A stretch of DNA of 32,000 nucleotides from positions 1,950,001 to 1,982,000 of the forward strand of contig NC_009483.1 in assembly GCF_000016745.1 (NCBI RefSeq). The letters are read 5' to 3'. Shown here one piece after another: positions 17,532 through 24,819 of the stretch; the first letter of the stretch is position 1, and the number at the start of each line of letters is the position of its first letter. The DNA is from Geotalea uraniireducens Rf4. Lineage in GTDB: Bacteria; Desulfobacterota; Desulfuromonadia; Geobacterales; Geobacteraceae. The notes under the pieces are model-generated. The model saw only the letters and a list, made by a program, of their open reading frames with translations, was not told the origin of the DNA and searched no databases. A program made the translations under genes and the position numbers.

Positions 17532-18758
17532 ATGCGCATACTGATGCTGACACAATGGTTCGACCCCGAACCTACCTTCAAAGGACTTCCCTTTGCGAAG
17601 GAACTTGCCAAGCGTGGGCACCAGGTCGAGGTGCTTACCGGATTTCCGAACTATCCCGGGGGCGAAGTCTATGACGGATACCGGATACGACCCATGCAGC
17701 GGGAGACTATGGATGGGATATCAGTCTTGCGAGTTCCCCTTTATCCAAGTCATGACACGTCAGCACTCGGGAGAATTGCAAACTATGGAAGCTTCGCGCT
17801 TTCTTCTGCAATTCTGGGAGTATTACTCGCAAAACCTGTCGACCTCATTTATGTTTACCATCCTCCTGCCACTGTTGGCCTGTCGGCAATTGCATTGAGT
17901 TTTTTTCGGAGAGTACCCTTTGTTTACGACATTCAGGACCTCTGGCCGGATACACTGGCCGCTACTGGGATGTTAAACAACGGCGTAGCACTGAGAATGA
18001 TAGCGAAGCTTTGCAGCCATACTTACCGGCTTTCCACCAAGATAGTGGTCCTGTCTCCAGGATTCCGAAAACAACTTATTGCAAGGGGAGTTCCTGCAGA
18101 AAAAATTGAGGTGATTTACAATTGGTGCGATGAGGGGCAAATTCGGGACTCTGCCGGAGATAAGGGCGTGGCCCAGGAACTCGCTTTGTCCGAGAGGTTT
18201 AGCATAGTCTTTGCGGGGACCATGGGGAAGGCTCAGGGCTTGGACGCAGTGCTGGATGCTGCCGCACTTATTGCCGGCAGATATTCAGAGATTCAGTTCG
18301 TTTTTGTCGGGGGGGGGATTGAGGTTGATCGTCTCAAGAAAAGGGCGAAAGACGAAAGTCTCATAAATGTCAAGTTTTTACCGAGACGGCCGGTATCGGA
18401 AATTGGCCCGGTATTGAAGACGGCCGATGTCTTGCTTGTCCACCTGAAAGACGCCCCGCTCTTCAACATCACCATCCCGTCAAAGATCCAGGCTTATATG
18501 GCTGCCGGTCGTCCGATCCTTGTTGCAGTCCGGGGGGATGCAGCCGATCTCGTTGAGAAAGCCAATGCTGGGATGTCCTGCATCCCTGAAGATTCGGAGA
18601 GCATTGCAGCAGCTGTGGAGAAGCTTTACGCCATGCCACGCAATCAGCGGGAGGAACTTGGCGAAAATGGCAGGAAATTTTACGAGAGGGAGCTCTCCTT
18701 GAGAGCGGGCGTCGGCAAATTTGAGGATATATTTCTCTCTGTTGTACGGAAACAATGA
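17532..18758 (+). CDS. wbuB: Family 4 glycosyltransferase, WbuB/WbjE-like (L-FucNAc transferase type)
   Basis: [44 protein letters not shown] is the characteristic WbuB/WcaI-like N-terminus. It sits directly after fnlC, as in known L-FucNAc clusters. Contains a G9 tract at 18309-18317. Confidence 0.85.
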   Translation: MRILMLTQWFDPEPTFKGLPFAKELAKRGHQVEVLTGFPNYPGGEVYDGYRIRPMQRETMDGISVLRVPLYPSHDTSALGRIANYGSFALSSAILGVLLAKPVDLIYVYHPPATVGLSAIALSFFRRVPFVYDIQDLWPDTLAATGMLNNGVALRMIAKLCSHTYRLSTKIVVLSPGFRKQLIARGVPAEKIEVIYNWCDEGQIRDSAGDKGVAQELALSERFSIVFAGTMGKAQGLDAVLDAAALIAGRYSEIQFVFVGGGIEVDRLKKRAKDESLINVKFLPRRPVSEIGPVLKTADVLLVHLKDAPLFNITIPSKIQAYMAAGRPILVAVRGDAADLVEKANAGMSCIPEDSESIAAAVEKLYAMPRNQREELGENGRKFYERELSLRAGVGKFEDIFLSVVRKQ

Positions 18759-19369
18759 AAAAGATGAATTCATTAATCAAACGGATTTTTGATTTCTGTT
18801 CAACACTGGTTGGTCTTGTATTGATCAGCCCGCTGCTTATACCGGTGGCCCTCTTAGTCCGTATGATACATGGTTCGCCGGTCTTGTTCCGTCAGGAGCG
18901 TCCTGGCCTCCATGGCAAGCCGTTCCTCATGCATAAGTTTCGCACCATGACTAATGAGCGGGACGCGAATGGAATTTTGCTGGCCGACGAAGCGCGCTTG
19001 ACCGGCCTCGGCAAATTCCTCCGCAGCACCAGCCTGGACGAGTTGCCGGAACTCTTCAATGTCCTCAAGGGTGACATGAGCCTCGTCGGCCCCCGCCCGC
19101 TTCTTATGGAATACATGCCGCTCTATACCCCGGAGCAAGCCCGCCGCCACGAAGTGAAACCGGGAATAACCGGCTGGGCTCAAGTAAACGGCCGTAACGC
19201 CATCAGTTGGGAAGAAAAATTCAAACTTGACGTCTGGTACGTGGACAATAGCTCTTTCTGGCTGGATTTGAAGATCCTCTGGATGACCTTTTTTCAGGTG
19301 TTTAAACGGGAAGGAATCAGTCAGGAGGGGCAGGCGACAATGGCAAAATTTACAGGGAACAAATTTTGA
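18755..19369 (+). CDS. Small (PglC-type) polyprenyl-phosphate sugar-phosphate transferase, initiating enzyme
   Basis: 204 aa with a single N-terminal re-entrant helix. [38 protein letters not shown] are bacterial sugar transferase motifs. ATGA overlap with wbuB. Confidence 0.9.
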   Translation: MKKMNSLIKRIFDFCSTLVGLVLISPLLIPVALLVRMIHGSPVLFRQERPGLHGKPFLMHKFRTMTNERDANGILLADEARLTGLGKFLRSTSLDELPELFNVLKGDMSLVGPRPLLMEYMPLYTPEQARRHEVKPGITGWAQVNGRNAISWEEKFKLDVWYVDNSSFWLDLKILWMTFFQVFKREGISQEGQATMAKFTGNKF

Positions 19370-19377
19370 AAGCAATG

Positions 19378-19408
19378 TTGGATTTTGAATTGTGGATCGA
19401 ATTTTGGG
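19378..19408. repeat. AT-rich inverted-repeat arm (left) flanking the four-helix-bundle gene
   Basis: ttggattttgaattgtggatcgaattttggg. Blocks attttgaatt and ttttgg are complementary to the right arm at 19771-19807. Confidence 0.7.
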
Positions 19409-19414
19409 TGAGAC

Positions 19415-19768
19415 ATGAAAGAAGACAATATTATTCAGAAGAAAAGCTATGAGTTTGCTCTTCAGGTAATTTCACTTTATCGGAAGCTTTATAAAGCCAA
19501 CGAGTTTGTCTTGTCAAGACAGATCCTCCGGTCAGGGACCAGCATCGGGGCGAATGTTGAGGAAGCCCAGGCTGCACAGAGTAGAGCCGATTTCGTATCG
19601 AAGATGTCAATAGCCTCAAAGGAGGCAAGAGAAACCTGCTACTGGCTACGTCTGCTGCGAGACAGCAACACCATTTCAAAATGTGAGGCCGACGCTCTTT
19701 TGTCAGAAGCGGAATCAATAGTGAATATATTGACATCTATTGTGAAAACAAGCAGCAAATCAAAGTAA
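19415..19768 (+). CDS. Four-helix-bundle protein (23S rRNA intervening-sequence protein / Avd-like family)
   Basis: 117 aa. SYEFALQVISLYRKL...LSRQILRSGTSIGANVEEAQAAQSRADFVSKMSIASKEARETCYWLRLL is the typical family signature (RSxTSIGANIxEA ... KExxET.YWL). Confidence 0.85.
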   Translation: MKEDNIIQKKSYEFALQVISLYRKLYKANEFVLSRQILRSGTSIGANVEEAQAAQSRADFVSKMSIASKEARETCYWLRLLRDSNTISKCEADALLSEAESIVNILTSIVKTSSKSK

Positions 19769-19770
19769 TT

Positions 19771-19807
19771 CAGCATCCAAAATTCAGAATTCAAAATTGG
19801 ATTTTTT
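19771..19807. repeat. AT-rich inverted-repeat arm (right), built of RAATTCA-like heptamers
   Basis: cagcatccaaaattcagaattcaaaattggatttttt. Its reverse complement matches the left arm and the third arm at 20445-20476. Confidence 0.7.
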
Positions 19808-20443
19808 ATGAAAGAAAAAATCTTCGTGTACGGTGCCAGTGGCCATGCCAAGGTTGTGATAGACATCATCGAACGCCAGGGGGTGTACGATATTGCCTTC
19901 CTCGTGGACGATGACCCTGTCCTGAAGGAAACAGATGTTTACGGCTATAGGGTAATTGGTGGCAAGGCAGAACTTCTGGCGCAACGGGAAGAGGTTGCAG
20001 GTGGCATAGTGGCTATCGGGAGCAATAAGGTGCGCGTAAAGGTCGTGGGATGGCTTGCGGAGAATGGCATGTGCCTCGTGTCCGCCGTTCACCCATCTGC
20101 CCAGGTTGCACGCGGCGTTATCCTCGGTGATGGTAACGTGGTCATGGCCGGTGCGGTCATCAACTCGGATACCATTGTCGGGAATAATGTCATTGTCAAC
20201 ACTAGGGCAAGCATTGACCACGACTGCATGATTGGCGACGGTGTGCACATAGCTCCAGGTGCCACTCTGTGTGGAACCGTCACTGTTGGTGAAGGGACAT
20301 TCGTTTGCGCAGGGGCAACAATAATTCCTAATCTGACCGTTGGCGCGCGAGCGATTGTCGGAGCAGGGTCAACTGTCATTGCCAATGTGCCCGACGGTGC
20401 AACGGTTGTGGGAAGTCCGGCTAAGGTGGTGAAACGGTTTTGA
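19808..20443 (+). CDS. NeuD/PglD-family sugar N-acetyltransferase (left-handed beta-helix)
   Basis: IFVYGASGHAKVVIDIIERQG N-terminal domain followed by hexapeptide repeats (GDGNVVMAGAVINSDTIVGNNVIVNTRASIDHDCMIGDGVHIAPGATL...). Confidence 0.85.
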   Translation: MKEKIFVYGASGHAKVVIDIIERQGVYDIAFLVDDDPVLKETDVYGYRVIGGKAELLAQREEVAGGIVAIGSNKVRVKVVGWLAENGMCLVSAVHPSAQVARGVILGDGNVVMAGAVINSDTIVGNNVIVNTRASIDHDCMIGDGVHIAPGATLCGTVTVGEGTFVCAGATIIPNLTVGARAIVGAGSTVIANVPDGATVVGSPAKVVKRF

Positions 20444-20444
20444 G

Positions 20445-20476
20445 TGCTGAATTTAAATTCTTGATTTTGGATTAAC
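20445..20476. repeat. Third copy of the AT-rich arm (left-arm orientation), downstream of the acetyltransferase gene
   Basis: gtgctgaatttaaattcttgattttggattaac. Its reverse complement matches atccaaaattcagaattcaaaattgg at roughly 20 of 26 positions by eye. Confidence 0.6.
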
Positions 20477-20493
20477 TTGGAAGAGGATTTGAT

Positions 20494-21747
20494 GTGAATT
20501 TTAATAAACTAGCCATTGACGGCGGAGAATCAGTCCGTACAACTCCTTTTTCATTATGGCCCTTTTTCGACCGGGACGAAATCGATTCGGTAACCGCTGT
20601 GCTCGCTTCCGGTAAGGTCAACTACTGGACCGGTCAGGAGGGGCGCGAATTTGAAAAGGAGTTCGCTGCCTTCACCGGCTGCAGCCACGCCATCGCCCTG
20701 GCCAACGGCACGGTTGCATTGGAGCTTGCCCTACACGCCCTTGGTATCGGCCACGGCGACGAGGTGATTGTCACCAGCCGCACTTTCATCGCTTCGGCAA
20801 GCTGCATCGTCATTCGCGGTGCAATCCCGGTATTGGCTGAGGTGGACCCGGTTTCCCAGAACGTAACCGCGGAGACGATCCGGACAGCCCTCACTCCCCG
20901 GACGCGGGCGATCATCTGTGTTCACTTGGCCGGCTGGCCTTGCGACATGGACCCGATTCTGGCGCTGGCACGGGAGCACGACTTGAAGGTGATAGAGGAC
21001 TGCGCCCAGTGCCATGGCGCCACCTACAAGGGACGGTCCCTCGGGTCGCTGGGGGATGTGGCTGCCTTCTCATTCTGCCAGGACAAGATAATGACAACCG
21101 GTGGTGAGGGTGGGATGCTGACTACAAATGATGAGACAATCTGGCGAAAAGCATGGGAATACAAGGACCACGGCAAGAGCTTCGACGCGGTGTACAACCG
21201 ACAACATCCCCCCGGTTTTCGCTGGCTGCACGAGTCATTCGGCACCAACTGGCGGCTCACCGAGATGCAGTCGGCTATCGGCCGGGTGCAGCTCCGTAAG
21301 CTCCCCGAGTGGACCCGCATCCGCAATCGTCATGCCGCCATCCTGACCGAAGGTTTCTCAGAAATCCCCGCCCTGAGGGTCACCATTCCCCCGCCGGAGA
21401 TCGGCCACGGGTACTACAAATACTACGTCTTCGTCCGTCCGGAAATGATAAAGCCTGCTTTTATGAGTAACTTAGAACTCAGAACTCGGAACTTAGAACT
21501 GATTTCTCCCCGCGACCGGATCATGGCGGCCATCAATGCCGAGGGGATCCCCTGTTTCAGCGGCAGCTGCAGCGAAATTTACCTGGAAAAGGTTTTCGAC
21601 GGTCTGCGGCCGGTAGAGCGTCTACCAGTGGCGCGTGAACTGGGTGAGACAAGCCTCATGTTCCTGGTGCACCCTACCCTGACGGAGCAGGACATGTTCG
21701 ACACCTGCCGGGCGGTTAAAAAAGTAATGCGAGCCGCTGGCCGCTAG
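20494..21747 (+). CDS. DegT/DnrJ/EryC1/StrS-family PLP-dependent sugar aminotransferase (PglE/WbpE-like)
   Basis: Contains GREFEKEFAAFTG, ALANGTVALELAL, EDCAQCHGA, and FSFCQDKIMTTGGEGGML with the PLP lysine. GTG start after GGAAGAGGA. About 20-30 aa longer than usual because of an in-frame repeat insertion at 21464-21500. Confidence 0.9.
   Translation: MNFNKLAIDGGESVRTTPFSLWPFFDRDEIDSVTAVLASGKVNYWTGQEGREFEKEFAAFTGCSHAIALANGTVALELALHALGIGHGDEVIVTSRTFIASASCIVIRGAIPVLAEVDPVSQNVTAETIRTALTPRTRAIICVHLAGWPCDMDPILALAREHDLKVIEDCAQCHGATYKGRSLGSLGDVAAFSFCQDKIMTTGGEGGMLTTNDETIWRKAWEYKDHGKSFDAVYNRQHPPGFRWLHESFGTNWRLTEMQSAIGRVQLRKLPEWTRIRNRHAAILTEGFSEIPALRVTIPPPEIGHGYYKYYVFVRPEMIKPAFMSNLELRTRNLELISPRDRIMAAINAEGIPCFSGSCSEIYLEKVFDGLRPVERLPVARELGETSLMFLVHPTLTEQDMFDTCRAVKKVMRAAGR
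21464..21500. repeat. Tandem heptamer repeat (TNRGAAC x4-5) lying in frame inside the aminotransferase CDS
   Basis: gagtaac ttagaac tcagaac tcggaac ttagaac, translated SNLELRTRNLEL. Confidence 0.8.
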
Positions 21748-22077
21748 TGTTTAATTGCATAAGTTATTGATGGATTTCTTGATTGCGAACCTTTAAACGT
21801 TGTCTTATTCCATGCAAATCTCTTTTGCCCACCTTCAATACGTCATCATCTCTTCGCATAATCTCCCATCTTTAGAAATCTGTCGGACTCAGGAACGAAT
21901 CCTGCGAGACTAAAAAGTGAGTCCATATTTCCGTAAATTATCGACAAATAGGTCCGCTATTCGCTCTCAAATTTCCGATAATCTGTCCTCGATTTATTTT
22001 CTCGTTACGATTCCCTAAGTCCGACAGGCTCCTGAGAAAACAAGCGATAATTTTTTAGATTAATTTTAAAATTTTAA

Positions 22078-22105
22078 TTGAATTAATTTAACTGACGGGT
22101 ATAAT
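22078..22105 (+). promoter_or_regulatory. Candidate sigma70-type promoter for the pglF-like gene
   Basis: TTGAAT (22078-22083), 16-nt spacer, TATAAT (22100-22105), ~150 nt upstream of the CDS. The region is AT-rich, so a chance match is quite possible. Confidence 0.3.
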
Positions 22106-22253
22106 TTCCCTGTCATGCATATTTGACAAGGTGTTGCTTCTCTGATCGATTATTGCCGGTTTCAGGCGCTTTTCCAATCACATTGTTTGTCTTCCCGTCT
22201 GCTAGTTGGTCGGATTAGTTTTACTATAGATCCTGGTCGCTTTTTAACTGTAT

Positions 22254-24317
22254 GTGTATGATTCCGGTGGTCACTTGAAATCAACTTCCCCTTATACCGG
22301 CAACGCCCTGATCGGCAAGCTGCTTTCCCCGTCTGCGCTGAAGCGTTTTCTCTTCTTTTTCAGCGCTGACCTGCTCATCATTGCGGCTTCTCTTTATCTT
22401 GCCTTATACTTCCGCTTCGATTTTAGGGTGGATGCTCGCTACTTCTCCCTCATCACCGCCGCACTCCCACTGTTTATCGTGATCAAGCTCGCCCTGTTCG
22501 TCGTCTTCCAGGTTTACCATATCACCTGGCGCTTTGTCGGTCTGGATGAGCTTTACAACATAGGGATTGCCATACTGATCGCGGAAGCTGTTCTGATGGC
22601 GCTTCTGCTCACCACATCGACCGGATGGCTTCATCTGTCCCATTACGCGGTTTCCTTTCCGCGCAGCATCTTTATCAATGACGGCCTGATCACCTTCCTG
22701 CTCGCCTGCGGTCTGCGTATCTCGCGCCGTGTCTACCGGGAGGTCATTTTTAAAAAGACCAGTAGCGCGAAGGGTAAGCGGGCGCTGGTCATCGGCGCTG
22801 GTATGACCGGGGAGCTGGTGCTCAGGGACATGGCGCGGCGCGACTTCGCCGACTTTTACCCGGTCGGCATCCTGGACGACGACAGCAGCATGAAGGTCGG
22901 TACCTACATCCACGGCGTGCGGGTTCTGAGCACCACGGACCGTCTGCGCGAGATCGTAAGGCAGCATAGTGTCGAGGTGGTCATCATTGCCATACCTTCC
23001 ACCCACTACAAGGCGTTGCGCAAGATATACCACCTGGCAAAAGAAGCGGGGATTGAGCGGATCAATATCGTGCCCCAGATGTACAAGAACCACGAGCGCT
23101 TCGAAGTGAGCATGAAGGGGATTCACGAGATCAGCATCGAGGAGCTGATTGGCAGGCAGTCTGTGGAGGTGGATTACGACTCCATCGAGCAAATGCTCGC
23201 CGGCAAATCCATCCTCGTATCGGGTGCCTGCGGCTCCATCGGATCGGAGATCGTTCGCCAGGTTTGCAGCTTCAACCCGGCCCGGCTGGTGCTGTTCGAA
23301 ATCGACGAAACCGAGCTGCACAACATGCAGTTGCGGCTGGCTAGGGAGTTTCCCTCACTGTTGGGAAGGATTTACTACGTCGTGGGCGATGTCAGGGACA
23401 GAAGCCGGGTGAGAGGGGTGATGGCGGCCCATGCACCGGAGCTTGTCTTTCACGCCGCAGCCTACAAGCATGTGCCTATGATGGAGCATAATCCCTCGGA
23501 GGCGGTGAAGGTAAATGTCTTCGGCACCTTCAATCTGGCCCAGGCGGCCGTCGACCACGGCGTGGAAAAGTTCGTCATGATCTCGACCGACAAGGCGGTG
23601 CGTCCGACCAGCATCATGGGGGCGACGAAAAGGGTGGCTGAGTATGTCTGCTCTGCCTTCAGCCGCGCCAATGTTACGGAATTCACCTCGGTACGATTCG
23701 GCAATGTGTTAGGGAGCCGCGGCAGCGTCCTGCCGCTGTTCATGGAGCAGTTGAAAAACGGTGGGCCTCTGACTGTTACGGACCGGGAGATGCAGCGCTA
23801 TTTCATGACCATTCCGGAGGCGGTTTCGCTCGTACTGCAGGCGGCCGTCATCGGCAATAACGGCGATGTGATGGTGCTCGATATGGGGGAACCGGTGAAG
23901 GTCGTGGAGCTTGCCGAGGAACTGATCCGGTTGCACGGCCTGAAGCCGTACGACGACATAGCCATCGAATTTGTCGGACTGAGGCCTGGTGAAAAGCTTT
24001 TCGAGGAGATTCTCACTGCCGAGGAGGGGACCGATGCCACCAGGCACGAGAAGATATTCGTCGCGCGCAACGGCAGCTGTCACACCATGGAGCAGCTTGA
24101 TGAGCTATTGCGGGAATTCTCCAGGGTGCCCGAGGTTGCGCCCGGTCTGAATGACCAGCAGTTTGTAAAAGAGCTGCTGATGAAGCATGTGCAGCACTTT
24201 CACGTTCAGCAAAAAATAACTATTTGCCAAGCAACACCGCCTTCAGATTCCGGATCCGCTTTTTTTGCAGATGGACGAGTACCACGTCTAAGAGGGTGCT
24301 TAAGAGGAATGTCGTGA
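22254..24317 (+). CDS. Membrane-anchored UDP-GlcNAc 4,6-dehydratase (PglF/WbpM/CapD family, Polysacc_synt_2)
   Basis: Four or five N-terminal TM helices, a first Rossmann-like domain (ALVIGAGMTGELV), then SGACGSIGSEI, YKHVPMME, STDKAV, MGATKR and FGNVLGSRGSV. The start is uncertain: GTG 22254, or TTG 22275 with GGTGG upstream. Confidence 0.9.
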   Translation: MYDSGGHLKSTSPYTGNALIGKLLSPSALKRFLFFFSADLLIIAASLYLALYFRFDFRVDARYFSLITAALPLFIVIKLALFVVFQVYHITWRFVGLDELYNIGIAILIAEAVLMALLLTTSTGWLHLSHYAVSFPRSIFINDGLITFLLACGLRISRRVYREVIFKKTSSAKGKRALVIGAGMTGELVLRDMARRDFADFYPVGILDDDSSMKVGTYIHGVRVLSTTDRLREIVRQHSVEVVIIAIPSTHYKALRKIYHLAKEAGIERINIVPQMYKNHERFEVSMKGIHEISIEELIGRQSVEVDYDSIEQMLAGKSILVSGACGSIGSEIVRQVCSFNPARLVLFEIDETELHNMQLRLAREFPSLLGRIYYVVGDVRDRSRVRGVMAAHAPELVFHAAAYKHVPMMEHNPSEAVKVNVFGTFNLAQAAVDHGVEKFVMISTDKAVRPTSIMGATKRVAEYVCSAFSRANVTEFTSVRFGNVLGSRGSVLPLFMEQLKNGGPLTVTDREMQRYFMTIPEAVSLVLQAAVIGNNGDVMVLDMGEPVKVVELAEELIRLHGLKPYDDIAIEFVGLRPGEKLFEEILTAEEGTDATRHEKIFVARNGSCHTMEQLDELLREFSRVPEVAPGLNDQQFVKELLMKHVQHFHVQQKITICQATPPSDSGSAFFADGRVPRLRGCLRGMS

Positions 24318-24459
24318 TCGAGGCGGCAAAGATACGCAAGGCTGGCGCTGCAGCGAACAGTGTAAATCCGAGGATGCAGGTTAGTGCAGTACAGCCAAGA
24401 ATCTCGCGGAAATGTAGAGAGCGAATCATGCTATCGGTACAGTTGCTTGCATAAGCCAT
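24220..24459 (-). CDS. Possible small two-helix membrane protein (hypothetical)
   Basis: 79-aa ORF with GAGAGG 9 nt upstream of its ATG. It has two hydrophobic stretches (ILGCTALTCILGFTLFAAAPA, IFAASITTFLLSTLLDVVLV). It overlaps the 3' tail of the convergent pglF-like gene by ~98 nt, which lowers confidence. Confidence 0.3.
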   Translation of the reverse strand: MAYASNCTDSMIRSLHFREILGCTALTCILGFTLFAAAPALRIFAASITTFLLSTLLDVVLVHLQKKRIRNLKAVLLGK

Positions 24460-24573
24460 TCTTTGATGCCTCTCGACTTTTTACTACTTTTCGGCGATAT
24501 GGTCGATATACTTGAGTGTGTCTGGTTAGAAAATTGCACTGGCTCTCCAAGCCATAAAACCCAGCACATTGCA

Positions 24574-24672
24574 CCCTCCCCCAACCCCTCCTTTAGGCCC
24601 TTTGGGTCCATCAAGGGAGGGGAGCTTTAAAGTCCCCTCGCCCCTTGTGGGAGAGGGCTAGGGTGAGGGGGG
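24574..24672. repeat. G/C-rich REP-like element with two hairpins
   Basis: ccctcccccaacccctcc...gggaggggag and cccctcgccccttgtgggagagggctagggtgagggg. C-run/G-run arms pair: CCCCTCC 24585-24591 with GGAGGGG 24616-24622, and CCCCTC 24634-24639 with GAGGGG 24665-24670. Confidence 0.55.
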
Positions 24673-24757
24673 AAGTGCGGTTGTAAAAACCTAATCGGAC
24701 AGTGCTGGATACACTTCAGTTTTATTATCCATGGCCTGAGAAGTCAAGCAGGTCAAT

Positions 24758-24785
24758 AAAAACGGGCGGGAGTCTTCCCGCCCGT
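24758..24785 (-). terminator. Rho-independent terminator of the glgP-rarA-pfkA transcription unit
   Basis: On the - strand: ACGGGCGGGA-AGAC-TCCCGCCCGT followed by TTTTT, starting 34 nt after the pfkA stop. Confidence 0.75.
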
Positions 24786-24819
24786 TGCCGTTTCCATGCC
24801 GGTTTTCCCCAAATGTAAC

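Noticed and set aside
19415-19768. Diversity-generating retroelement, because the four-helix-bundle protein is Avd-like
   Set aside because: There is no reverse transcriptase gene and no template/variable repeat pair with adenine-specific differences anywhere in the window.
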